A stretch of 64,000 bases of DNA from Eledone cirrhosa (GCA_964016885.1 OZ024743.1:276334001-276398000), one strand, 5' to 3'. Shown: positions 41,397-52,512, counted from the stretch's first letter. The notes: a model not told the origin generated them from the letters alone. A program made the numbers and translations.

Positions 41397-43390
41397 ATGG
41401 CTACTTCACCTCTGCACGAAGCAGCTGAAAGCCTTCCTCACAAAATAACACCTCACACCGACACCACCATTGTAAATATTACTACGTTTGCCAACACAAA
41501 AAAAAATATAAGCAGTAGCAATATTTTAAATTTGTCTCAGGCAGACATTCATTTCCCGCCATTACCAATGACTGCAGGTGTTAAAGCCTCCACTACCACC
41601 ACCACCGCGACAACCACCACCCCCACCACCACCTCGACAACAGAAACAAAAGAAGAAAAAAATAAATTAACTCGTGATGTCGAAATGAAATCAAGCAAAA
41701 TGGACTCTTCCCCACCAAAGACGACTGACGTCACCACCACCACAACTGAAACTAAAATTAATATTAACGATAGCAACAACAACAACAATGACATTATAAC
41801 CCCCCCCCCCCCCCTCAGTTTCGCCAGAGTAGCAAAACAGTTCAAAGATTATACGGTAACTCAGGAGGATTTAGAAAATGCCAAACAAATGGTAAAGAAA
41901 GATGGGTACAGGGTCAGCCTCACCCCCCCCCACCTAATAAAATGGAGCATCGGCGCCTGTGCACCGTGTCGTATAGAACAATAAATGTAAAATCGCGCCG
42001 AGTGGAACGGGCATCCGAGTCCCAAATCCAAAAAGCTTTGGGACATGTGTGGGCAAGAAAAACCCACATCAGACGTGGGCAAAAGTATGGAACCGTGGAT
42101 GTGTTTTTTGAAACACCAGAGGAGGCTAGAGAACACTCCATGGCCCCATTAAAAAGTGACGACCTCACACTCGTCCCAAGCTATTGTGGCCAGAGACTCG
42201 TAAAGATCAGGGTGACCCACGTTCCACCGGCCATCGAAATTCCCTGGCTAATAGCGGCTGTCCTCGCCGGCATCGAAGCCAACACGAAAATAATAGCAGT
42301 AGCAAAAGAAAAGCAGGAAAACTGGTCCGGATCTGGGATGGAGCTCCTGATCCAAGCGGAGCAAAAAAGCATTGAGGAGATCCCAGAGGTAATAGACCTC
42401 ACTGACGGCAGCCACCTCACGGTAATTGTCGAGGGCAGAAGACCTAGGTGTGTCGTTTGTGGTGAAGGAACCCACCTAAGGGCTTTCTGCCCTCAGGCTA
42501 AAAGGTTGAGGCCACCTCTCCTACCCACCACAGTGACACAACCATCAACACCACCAGTAGCAGAGATGGCAACAACAACTGTAGCAGCAACAACAGAAGC
42601 AACTATAACAGCAACAACCCCAGCAACAGTAGCAAAACCAACACCACTACCACCACCAGCAAAACCAACACCACCACCACCCAACGCTTCAGAACTAGCA
42701 CCAGCGCCTACACCATCCACCACACCACAACCAAAACTAACGGCTGTGGAGGATTTTCCACTCCCCGGCCTATCACAACTGGAGACAGATTGTGACGACG
42801 AGGAGTGGGAAACGATATCCGGAAAAAAAAAAGAAACCAAAAAAAGAAAAAATTCTCTTCCTTCCCCCTCCAAAAACAAAATACAGAGGGAAACAAATAA
42901 ACTAAGAAACAAAAAAGTTAGGACAGATATGCCACCATCCACACCAGCATCACCAACCCCATCAACCCAAACACCAACACCATCACCATCATTAACTCCA
43001 ACACCACCATCACCTACACCACAAAAGTCACCAAAATGCGAAACAGAAACAAACCCACAACAAACGCAAACAAAACAAAACAACCAAAACGATACACACT
43101 ACACAGCATTAAATTTGAACAACAAGCAATTATTACACTACATCCAACACAACACCAGCATCACAGAAAAAGACTACACAACAACCCCAAAATTCACACC
43201 ACCTCCACACATACAAATCACTCGCATCACACAGAAAACGTACATGACACTAAAACAAAAATTCCCCAAAGACATCGGAGACTTCCGACAAGCACTCTCC
43301 AGGAGGATTTATAAGGACATCCTTCCTGAGGAGGCCACAAGCAGTGAAAAGGATGGAAAAGCCGTCCTTCCCCTACGAGAAGTAAGGTAA
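41397..43390 (+). pseudogene. LINE ORF1 (RRM-like region, CCHC zinc knuckle, Pro/Thr-rich linker), one frameshift
   Basis: Split between ORFs 41397 and 41942, probably at the C-run near 41922-41934. Knuckle CVVCGEGTHLRAFC. Confidence 0.8.
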
Positions 43391-43424
43391 GTGGTCTTTC
43401 CCATCTTTTCCACTCCTTTTCAAC

Positions 43425-46400
43425 ATGACCTCACTCAGAATAGGCAGCATAAATGCGCGTGGCTTGGGGTCGTCATGGAAGCAGGGCCACCTGCTCAACG
43501 ACCTCAGGTCACTAAACATAGATGTAGTGGCCATCAGCGAGACCAGAATCTCCGAAGCACAGGCTTTCGCACCGATCTTCGGCGGCTACGATGTGTACGC
43601 ATCTCCCAGCCGTCCGGGATCGGGGGGAGGAGTTGCTGTGCTTTTTCGGAGAGGTTTGGATCTTGCCATACGGGCCATCTTCCTGGACCCAGAAGGTAAG
43701 TTGGTGGTGCTGGACGTGACCAGCGGAGACGGGCAAGCTTTCAGGTTAGTGGCCGTCTATGCCCCGACAGGAGCAGGGCGGCCTGATTTCTTCCGGCGTC
43801 TGGAGACCTTTCTTGGAACGTCCCGCTCTTTAGTGTTAGTGGGCGACTGGAACGGGATCTTAGATGACGCTGGGATTGTGTGGGATTAGTGGATAGGGAA
43901 GGAGGGTGCAAGAGTCTCACCAACCTGCTCAGACGTTTTGAACTGTCTGACAGGTACCGAATGGATTTCCCGAATGTACCAATGTGGACTTGGACAAATC
44001 GCATAGGGTCATCCAGATCATATCTAGATAGAGTATTTTGTAGGGAAATAGATAGGTCTAGCATAGGCTGTCCACAATTCAAGGTAGTCAGCTACACGGA
44101 CCACAAATTCGTGATCTGTGTGCTTGACTTAGATAGGCTTCATAGACGAGGACCCGGCTACTGGAAGCTAAACGCGTCCTTACCAGAGCGCAAGGCCTAC
44201 AGAGACCGGATTAGCGAACTAGTTAAGCGGGCGTTGACGGGGGCCATCGTCAACAACAAGTGGTGGTTTGCTCTGAAAAGAGCAATTAGAATAGAGTCCA
44301 TTAGGTTTAGTAAGACTTTAGCAATAGAGAAAAATAGAGCAGAGGGAGAATTAGTTAGAAAATTAGATGAGGCGCTTAGCAAAGGCATCGCGACCGACGT
44401 ACTTGCGGCGAAATTGGCCCTTGATCAATTCTTCAATGCAAAGCACGAAGGCTGCGTTGTCAGAGCTAGGGTGCGTGCTCTCAGACACGAGGGGACGAAA
44501 GCCGTTCAATGGGCCCGAGTGGCGGAGGCGCGTCGTGGGAACAAAGCCACGATCCGGTCTTTGGTGGACCACGACGGGCGCATGCTACTCGATCCCGGGC
44601 AAATGTGTGAAGCTTTTCAGCGACACTTCGCTCAACTGTTCGGGGGCAGTGGCGGGCCGGATCGAGGGATGGACTTTAGTGTCTACCTCGACGGACTGCC
44701 GCGGCTTTCGGCCACTGAGGCGGAGTGTTGCGAAAAGCCGATAACAACCGCTGAAGTACGGGATGCAATGACTAGTTGCACAAGGGGTAAATCGCCTGGT
44801 TTGGATGGTCTGCCCTATGAACTTTACGTACAAATGCCAAACTTGTTCGGAGGCCTCTTGGCGGACGTCTACTGCAACTGGCAACAGAACGGGAGAATTC
44901 CCAGCTCTGTGAGCCGAGGAGCGGTGGCGCTGCTGAGAAAGTATCCGAACAAGGGGGATAACATAGATAATTTTAGGCCCATAACCCTGCTAAACACAGA
45001 GTTCAAGATTTTGGCCAAGGTGCTAGCAAAGAGGTTGGCGCTTGTCGTTGGTGGTCTGGTGGGAGAGGCACAGACATGCGCCATTCCCGACAGATCCATC
45101 CACGACAACCTCCACCTCATGCGATACATCGTAGAGAGGGTAGCTAGGGAACCTGGCACGGGTGGGTCTTTGATCAATTTAGATCAGTCGAAAGCCTTCG
45201 ATAGGGTCGACCATCGTTACCTAACGGCAGTCCTGAGGGCGGCTGGCTTTGGGCCCGTCTTCAGAGGCTGGATCGCTGCCATGCACAGCGACATCTGCTC
45301 TGTAGTGAGAGTGAACGGTCACCTTTCGGAACCGTTCAACATCATGCGCTCGGTCCGCCAAGGATGTCCCCTCTCGTCCCTATTGTACGTATTGACTGTC
45401 GAGCCATTACTGCACAAACTGGAGACGTTGAGGGGGGTCCCGCGCGAACTAGGATGCGGAAGATCCGTGTCAGCATATGCCGACGATGTCACCGTAGTGG
45501 TGTCGAACGCCAAACACATCGAGGCGATCGGCACTACACTAAGAGAATACGAAGCGGTGACAGGAACAATGATCAACCAGGAAAAGTCAGTGGGCCTGCA
45601 GCTCGGCACCTGGAGAGGCAGGTCCATGCCGTCCAACAGCGTCGTCGGGCGCTGGACGGACGGACCGGTTAAATTGCTAGGGGTCTGGTTCGGTCCAGAC
45701 CTCCAGACGGACAAAAACTGGGACGAGGTGACGAGCAGGGTGGCTTCTCTCACCCAGAAATGGGCCGAGAGGAAGCTATCCCTGAAAGGTCGAGCGGAGG
45801 TGGCGAATGCGTACATCGCATCCGTCATCTACTACCGCCTGACCGTCGTACCTTGTCCTAAGCCCCGCCTGACTGCGCTGGAGCGTTTGCTCTTTCGCTT
45901 CTTGTGGAAGGGACGCGCTCCGATGGTCAGGCGGTCCATCTGCTGTCAACACCCGCTACGTGGAGGGCTGGGCATGCCGTGGCTGATGATACGCAGACAC
46001 GCGCTCAGGCTACGACATCTCCACCTCTTCCTCGACGGTGATCAGGTGTGGTCGCCGTTTGCAAGACACGTTTTTCCCCAGCTCGTCTCCTTGACGGAGC
46101 TGCAGTCCTGGGTCAAGCGAAGACCGAGAGGGAGCGCTTGGAGACTGGAATGTCTTCAGGCGCTCACAGCCCTCGACCAATCGGGCAATGTGATCGGTGG
46201 AAACTCCACCTTGGCGTTCTATAGGGGATTAGTGTAGGGGAAGAGCGACGACGTACTTGGAGAAACTCTAGGCGTCGACGAAAATCAACTAGCCAATCTC
46301 TTCGGAAGGACTTTCGGGCCGGGGCCTATGGACAACTTCCAGAAATCCCTGGCCTGGCAGTGCTACCGAGGAGCTTTGCTAGTTCGGGATAAACTCTACA

Positions 46401-46843
46401 GGCATGGAGGTGCCGTCAGCCGGGCATGTCCGAGATGCGCGCAGGGCGACGAAACCGTCCTGCACGCACTCGTCCAGTGTCCGAACATTGCTGACTTGTG
46501 GGTTTATGTCGAACACCTGCTGTCACGTGTAGGACGGATCCAGCTATCAGCTGAGTCCATCGTGAGGATTGCCCCGCCCCCTTCCTTTAGCCTGGAAGGG
46601 CAGGCAGTTTTTATCTGTCTGGTGGCCATGGCGAAAGTGATAGTATGGTGGACACGTTTGAAAAGGCTGAAGACGAGCACTTACCTCTTCGGTGATGCCC
46701 TGATTAAATTTTTCAAATTACATTTGAAAAGGAAAATCAGGGTAGAGAGGGAAGTGCTCTCTTCCCAGCATATTGTTGAAAGATGGGTGAGAGAAGCAAG
46801 TATGGCCCGAATGAATGGGCCTTCTCTGAGTATGTGTCTGTAA
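43425..46843 (+). pseudogene. LINE ORF2 (APE-RT-CCHC), one frameshift and one stop
   Basis: 1-nt deletion near 43866 and TAG at 46235 (GAG in the other copies). GDWN, TDH, YADD and CPRC..H...C motifs are present. Confidence 0.9.
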
Positions 46844-47317
46844 ATTAAAGGTGGAAAACTGGGAGAGGGCACTTGCCCTGGTGGTCAGGGCCACTGTGGT
46901 CTTTTAATGGGCTTTCTCCACAAATGTCCCTTGGCAGTCTCCCCCCTATTGGGGAATTTTTCTTTGTTATTTTATTTCAACCTCTGTTTTTTTACACGCA
47001 GAAATGCCCATTTGTACCGTCCTGTATTGTCCTGTACTGTCCTTAATGTCTACTTTATGTGAACCCTTGTGGTTAATAAAGAAAACATTATTATTATTAT
47101 TATTATTGACGAAAGTGGATGTACGTTTTTTGAAGCTCCGTGAGTAAGCAATTTTTTGAGGATTAATTGTAGAGAATTGTTTATTTTTTGTACCGCTGAA
47201 GCATTATAAGACATTCATTTGTATCCTGTGAAGGAATAACTCATAATATTTGGGCCTTTTGGCCCAAATATTTGAACTTTATTTTGGAAAAAATAATAAT
47301 TTTTTTCTCAAATAAAC

Positions 47318-48583
47318 ATGGCGGAGCCACGCCCCCTAGAGGCGGGCCTGCTGTCGTGCAACGGCGACTTGAGCGTTGAGAGGAGAGGTGAGGCGAGGAG
47401 CGCCACCAGCACGAGTGTGAGCAGCGACAGTGCCAGCACCAACGGGCCGAGCGGCGCGGAAGGTGGTAACAGCGACAACACCAACACCAACAAGCCGAAC
47501 AGCGCAGAAGGTGGTAATAGCGAGAGCACCAACAAAACGAACAGAACAGAGAGTAATAGTAGCGACAGCAACAGCACCAACAAGGCCAACAGCACAGAGG
47601 GTAACCACGACACAGGGGAGAACAACAACAGCAATAGCAGCAGCAACACCAACAAGAACAACAACAGTGACAACACCAACAAGAACACCTTCGCTGCTGT
47701 GGCAGCGGCTAAAAGGAGACCATGCTACAGCATCGACTTAACCAACAGAGAGGAAAAGTTGGCCCAGGCCTGGAAAATCATAAATCAAGAGCAGACCTGG
47801 GCAAACTTAACTGTCCCGGCAGAAGCCATTGAGGCAGTGGAAAAAAGAACGGTGCATTTCAGATGCATCTCAGTAGAGACAAAGAGGGCAGCGATAATCG
47901 CCCAAGCTGATATAGAAGCCGCACTGAAATACATCAGAGAGGACACAGACTTCATAGAGAGGGGCAGGCAATACGGCACCGTTTCGGTGCTGTTCAAGTC
48001 TGAAGCCCTCGCTGTGAAGCATTCAATGACCCCTTGCAAAACCAGCAAGGTTATAATGTACCCCTCCCACATGGGAAAACGAATAGCACGTGCATCACCA
48101 ACACAACCACCAAAATCCCCCAAACGCAAACAAGCTAAACAGACACAAGAACAAATAGACACACAAACATCAGAAACTACAGACACCCCACCCACAACAA
48201 ACGCAGACACAATAGAAACAACACTAACAAAGCTATCACCACCACAATCACACGAACAAATAAAACCCGAGCAACAAAACATTAAAAACTTCGTGCTTGC
48301 CAGAAGGGCCAACAAGGAATTGATGGCCCATGTAGCACGAAGCACAAACATCGAAAAAGACGGGGAAACATTTGAAGCGAGCACATTTCGCGTACCAGAT
48401 AATTTGCTTCTGATGCGAATGTCGCTCGCTTCATACAAAGAAATTCGAAAGAGCTTTCCTCGGGATGTGGGAACCCCGAACGTAAAACCCACGTCAAGAC
48501 TATTAAAGGGGTTCCCAAAAGAAACCCCACAAACCATGGAGGTCGAACCACCCGACCTTCACAAGACCCCGGAAGGTAAGTAA
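47318..48583 (+). CDS. LINE ORF1 protein (421 aa, lacks zinc knuckle)
   Basis: Asn/Ser-rich N-terminus and TFAAVAA motif. RGRQYGTVSVLF is homologous to RGQKYGTVDVFF of copy C. Confidence 0.85.
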   Translation: MAEPRPLEAGLLSCNGDLSVERRGEARSATSTSVSSDSASTNGPSGAEGGNSDNTNTNKPNSAEGGNSESTNKTNRTESNSSDSNSTNKANSTEGNHDTGENNNSNSSSNTNKNNNSDNTNKNTFAAVAAAKRRPCYSIDLTNREEKLAQAWKIINQEQTWANLTVPAEAIEAVEKRTVHFRCISVETKRAAIIAQADIEAALKYIREDTDFIERGRQYGTVSVLFKSEALAVKHSMTPCKTSKVIMYPSHMGKRIARASPTQPPKSPKRKQAKQTQEQIDTQTSETTDTPPTTNADTIETTLTKLSPPQSHEQIKPEQQNIKNFVLARRANKELMAHVARSTNIEKDGETFEASTFRVPDNLLLMRMSLASYKEIRKSFPRDVGTPNVKPTSRLLKGFPKETPQTMEVEPPDLHKTPEGK

Positions 48584-48612
48584 ACCTTTCCTCTCCCATT
48601 CATCCTGCCAGC

Positions 48613-51600
48613 ATGGCCATAAGAGTAGGAAGTTTAAATGTTCGTGGCCTGGGGTCGCCCTGGAAGCAAGGTCACTTGCTCAACGACCTCAGGTCACTAG
48701 GAATGGATGTAATTGCCATCAGCGAGACCAGAATTTCCGACACACGCACACTGGCGCCGATTTTCGACGATTATCAGATCTTTGCATCTGTTAGTCGGCC
48801 GGGAATGGGAGGTGGAGTGGCTGTGCTGTTTAGGAAATGTCTGGATCTCGAGGTAAGGTCAATCTTCCGGGATCCTGACGGAAAGTTGGTGGTCCTGGAC
48901 GTGAGCAATAGCGAAGGTGGTGCCTTTAGACTGGTGGCCGTCTACGCCCCTACTGGGGCCGGTCGGCCGGACTTCTTTAGGCGCCTGGAAAACTTTCTGC
49001 TTACGTCTCGCCCTTTACTGTTAATAGGGGATTGGAATGGCATCTTAGAAGCACGCTGGGATTGTGTGGGAGTATCTGATAGGAGCGGGGGGTGCAAAAG
49101 CCTCAAGTACCTGATCAGCCAGTTTCAACTGTCTGACAGGTACCGACTAGATTTCCCTAATGCGCCAGTATGGACCTGGACCAATCGCATAGGGTCATCT
49201 AGATCGTACATAGATAGGATTTTCATTAGGAAAAGAGATAGAAATAGTGTAGGATGTCCACATTTTAAAACGGTTGCCTATTCAGATCACAAGCTTGTGA
49301 TCTGTATGGTCGACCTAGATAAGACACGTAGGTTAGGACCTAGCTACTGGAAGCTAAACATGTCGTTTCCGGCACGTAAAGATTACAGGGACCGGGTCAA
49401 CAACTTAGTTAAGCAAAAGTTGACAGGGGGGGTTGTCAACAACAGGTGGTGGGGGGCACTCAAAAGAGAGATTAGAGCAACCTCGATAGGATTTAGCAAA
49501 GAAGTAGCAATAGAGAAAAATAGAAAGGAGGAGGGGCTGATAGCTAAGTTAGACGAGGCTATTTGTAGTGGCATTGCAACAGACGTGCTAGCGGCGAGAA
49601 TGGCACTAGACCATTTCTTCAATGCGAAACACGAAGGTTGCATTGTCAGAGCTAAGGCGCGTGCTCTGAGGAACGAGGGAACCAAAGCTGCCCGATGGGC
49701 TCGCTTTGCAGAGACGCAGCGTGGAAATAAAACCACAATTCGGTCTTTGACGGATCGAGATGGACACGAACTGAGCGATTCCAAGCAGATGTGTGAGGCC
49801 TTTCGCCAGCACTTTGCTCGATTGTTCGGGAGGATGGGTGAGTCGGAGACGGCGGCGGACTTCAGTCCCTACCTCGACGGCTTGCCACGCCTCTCGACGG
49901 CCGACGCTGAGCGCTGCGAAGAGCCGATAACATCAGTCGAAATTCAGGACGCCCTTGTCGGCTGCTCGAGTCGCAAGTCACCCGGTTTGGATGGTCTGCC
50001 CTACGAGCTTTACGTAAATATGCCAGACTTGTTCTCCGATCTCCTCGAAGCGCTCTACTGCAACTGGCAGCAGAACGGGAGTATTCCCAGTTCTTTGAGC
50101 CGTGGCGTAGTGACGCTGATAAGGAAAGACGAGAACAAGAGGGACACACTAGATAATTTCAGGCCCATAACCCTGCTCAACACAGAGTTTAAGATTTTGG
50201 CCAAGGTGTTAGCGAAAAGGTTGGCGCTTGTCGTCAAAGATTTGGTTGGGGAGGCGCAAACTTGCGCAATCCCGACCAGGTCCATACACGACAACCTCCA
50301 CCTCATGCGATACATCATAGAGAGGGTTGGGTGCAAACCTGGCTTCGGTGGGGCTCTGATCAATTTAGATCAATCGAAAGCATTCGATAGGGTCGACCAT
50401 CGGTACTTGGAGGCTGTCCTCGAGGCGGCTGGCTTCGGCCCTGTCTTCAGAAGCTGGATCGCTGCAATGTACAGCAGCATCTGCTCGGTGGTCAAAGTTA
50501 ATGGCCACCTCTCGGAACCGTTTCAGATCTCTCGATCGGTCCGTCAAGGGTGCCCTCTCTCCTCACTTCTGTACGTATTGACTCTTGAGCCTCTACTGCG
50601 GAAGCTGGAGTTGTTGCAGGGCATCCCGCTCGAACCGGGACGTAGAAAGGCTGCGTCCGCTTATGCGGACGACATCACCGTGATGGTGTCGGACACCTCG
50701 GAAATCGAGGTGAATCGCACCCATTTGGAGGAATATGAAAGGTTGACGGGAGCAAAACTTAACCCGGAAAAGTCGGTGGGCTTGCAGCTCGGCACCTGGA
50801 GAGGCAAGTCCATGCCGTCTAACAGCGTCGTTGGGCGCTGGACAGACGGACCGGTAAAGTTGCTCGGGGTTTGGTTCGGACCAGACCTCCAGGTGGATAA
50901 GAATTGGGACGAGGTGACGGGCAGGATAGCCAACCTCACCCAGAAATGGGCTGAGAGAAAGCTATCACTGAAAGGGCGGGCGGAGGTGGCGAACGCGTAC
51001 ATCGCGTCCGTCATCTACTACCGCCTGACCGTCGTGCCTTGCCCCCGTCCACGCCTCGCCAATTTGGAACGGCTCCTTTTCAAATTTTTGTGGAGGGGAC
51101 GGGTCCCGTTGGTGAGGCGGTCCATCTGCTGCCAGCACCCTCTTCGTGGAGGGCTGGGCATGCCGTGGCTAATGATGCGCAGACATGCGCTGAGGCTGCG
51201 ACATCTCCAGATATTTTGCCTAAACGGTGAACAGGTGTGGTCGCCGTTTGTTAGACGGGCCTTTCCGCAGCTCATCTCTTTGACTGAGCTGCAGTCCTGG
51301 GTCAAGAAGAGACCGAGACTGGGCGACTGGCATCTGGAATGTTGCCAGGCGCTCACTGCACTCTGCAAGGTGGGCAATGCGGTCAGTGGAACTTCCACTC
51401 AAGATTTCTATAGAGGATTAGTGGAGGGTAAGTGCGATGACGTACTAGGAGAGGCTCTGGGCGTCAACGAAGTAGAACTGACCAGTATGTTCCGGAGGAC
51501 TTTCGAGCCGGGGACGATGGATAACTTCCAGAAATCCCTCGCTTGGCAGTGCTACCGGGGGGCGCTGCCGGTTCGGGATAAACTCTACAGGCACGGAAGT

Positions 51601-52032
51601 GCTGTCAGACGAACCTGCCCGAGATGCGCGCAGAGCGACGAAACCGTTCTGCACGCACTCGTCCAGTGTCCGTGCATTGCTGACTTGTGGGGTTATGTCG
51701 AACAGCTATTGTCGCGTGTAGAACGGATCCGGCTATCGTCCGAGTCCATAGTGAAGATTAACCCGCCGCCTTCTTTTGGTCAGGAAGGGCAGGCAATTTT
51801 CCTCTGCCTGGTGGCAGTAGCGAAAGAGGTTGCATGGTGGACCAGGTTGAAAGGACTGAAGACAGACACTTTTCTCTTCGGCCAATCCCTCATCAACTTC
51901 TTCAAGTTTCACTTGGAAAGGAAGGTGAGGGTGGAGAGAGAAGTGCTGCCCCCCAGTACATTTACTGAAAGGTGGGTGAATGTGGCGAGAATGGCCCGCG
52001 TCAGTGGGCCTACTCTGATCATGCGCCTGTAG
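48613..52032 (+). CDS. LINE ORF2: APE endonuclease, reverse transcriptase and C-terminal zinc finger (1139 aa, intact)
   Basis: APE motifs: SLNVRG, SETR, VYAP, GDWN, IDRIF, SDH. RT motifs: KSPGLDG, FRPITLLN, DQSKAFDRV, RQGCPLS, YADD, KLLGV. C-terminal CPRC-x8-H-x4-C. YWKLN and GGLGMP are typical of L1/Tx1. Confidence 0.96.
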   Translation: MAIRVGSLNVRGLGSPWKQGHLLNDLRSLGMDVIAISETRISDTRTLAPIFDDYQIFASVSRPGMGGGVAVLFRKCLDLEVRSIFRDPDGKLVVLDVSNSEGGAFRLVAVYAPTGAGRPDFFRRLENFLLTSRPLLLIGDWNGILEARWDCVGVSDRSGGCKSLKYLISQFQLSDRYRLDFPNAPVWTWTNRIGSSRSYIDRIFIRKRDRNSVGCPHFKTVAYSDHKLVICMVDLDKTRRLGPSYWKLNMSFPARKDYRDRVNNLVKQKLTGGVVNNRWWGALKREIRATSIGFSKEVAIEKNRKEEGLIAKLDEAICSGIATDVLAARMALDHFFNAKHEGCIVRAKARALRNEGTKAARWARFAETQRGNKTTIRSLTDRDGHELSDSKQMCEAFRQHFARLFGRMGESETAADFSPYLDGLPRLSTADAERCEEPITSVEIQDALVGCSSRKSPGLDGLPYELYVNMPDLFSDLLEALYCNWQQNGSIPSSLSRGVVTLIRKDENKRDTLDNFRPITLLNTEFKILAKVLAKRLALVVKDLVGEAQTCAIPTRSIHDNLHLMRYIIERVGCKPGFGGALINLDQSKAFDRVDHRYLEAVLEAAGFGPVFRSWIAAMYSSICSVVKVNGHLSEPFQISRSVRQGCPLSSLLYVLTLEPLLRKLELLQGIPLEPGRRKAASAYADDITVMVSDTSEIEVNRTHLEEYERLTGAKLNPEKSVGLQLGTWRGKSMPSNSVVGRWTDGPVKLLGVWFGPDLQVDKNWDEVTGRIANLTQKWAERKLSLKGRAEVANAYIASVIYYRLTVVPCPRPRLANLERLLFKFLWRGRVPLVRRSICCQHPLRGGLGMPWLMMRRHALRLRHLQIFCLNGEQVWSPFVRRAFPQLISLTELQSWVKKRPRLGDWHLECCQALTALCKVGNAVSGTSTQDFYRGLVEGKCDDVLGEALGVNEVELTSMFRRTFEPGTMDNFQKSLAWQCYRGALPVRDKLYRHGSAVRRTCPRCAQSDETVLHALVQCPCIADLWGYVEQLLSRVERIRLSSESIVKINPPPSFGQEGQAIFLCLVAVAKEVAWWTRLKGLKTDTFLFGQSLINFFKFHLERKVRVEREVLPPSTFTERWVNVARMARVSGPTLIMRL

Positions 52033-52282
52033 GCTGGTGAATTCGAGAAGGAGAGGGGTGCCCTTCCCGGGTGCCCTAGGAGCGTCGGGTGGCTCAGGAC
52101 TGGTGGGGTGCTTGAGTCAACCCTGGGTGGTGATCTCTCTTATTGGGGAACTTTCATTGTTGTATTTTTATTGTTATTTTGTTTTTTGTTATTTATACTT
52201 ACTCGATCTCTATGTAAACCCCCACTGTCCCTGTCTATTGTGTTGTCCCCTATATGTCGGCCCTTGTGGCCAATTATTGAAA

Positions 52283-52325
<43 letters not shown>

Positions 52326-52426
52326 CCAAGTGTTCTTAAAAGTGTTTTCTTCAGTTATTTTATCATTTATTAAAAAGCGATTTTCTGTGCAATTCGCAGA
52401 GAAAAACTGAAAGAGAAAAAGAAGGA

Positions 52427-52512
<86 letters not shown>

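Larger units (their letters stand above)
41189..47107 (+). mobile_element. Tx1/L1-type LINE copy C (family I), full length, few lesions
   Basis: ORF1 41397-43390 and ORF2 43425-46843. AATAAA at 47075; (ATT)n at 47087-47107. Confidence 0.93.
47108..52325 (+). mobile_element. Tx1/L1-type LINE copy D (family II), both ORFs open
   Basis: 5' UTR, ORF1, 29-nt spacer, ORF2, 3' UTR and (ATT)n at 52285-52325. Confidence 0.95.

Noticed and set aside
48576-48611. 36-nt GT-AG mini-intron fusing ORF1 to ORF2 in copy D
   Set aside because: Splicing would put ORF2 out of frame, the intron is very short, and B and C lack the AG.
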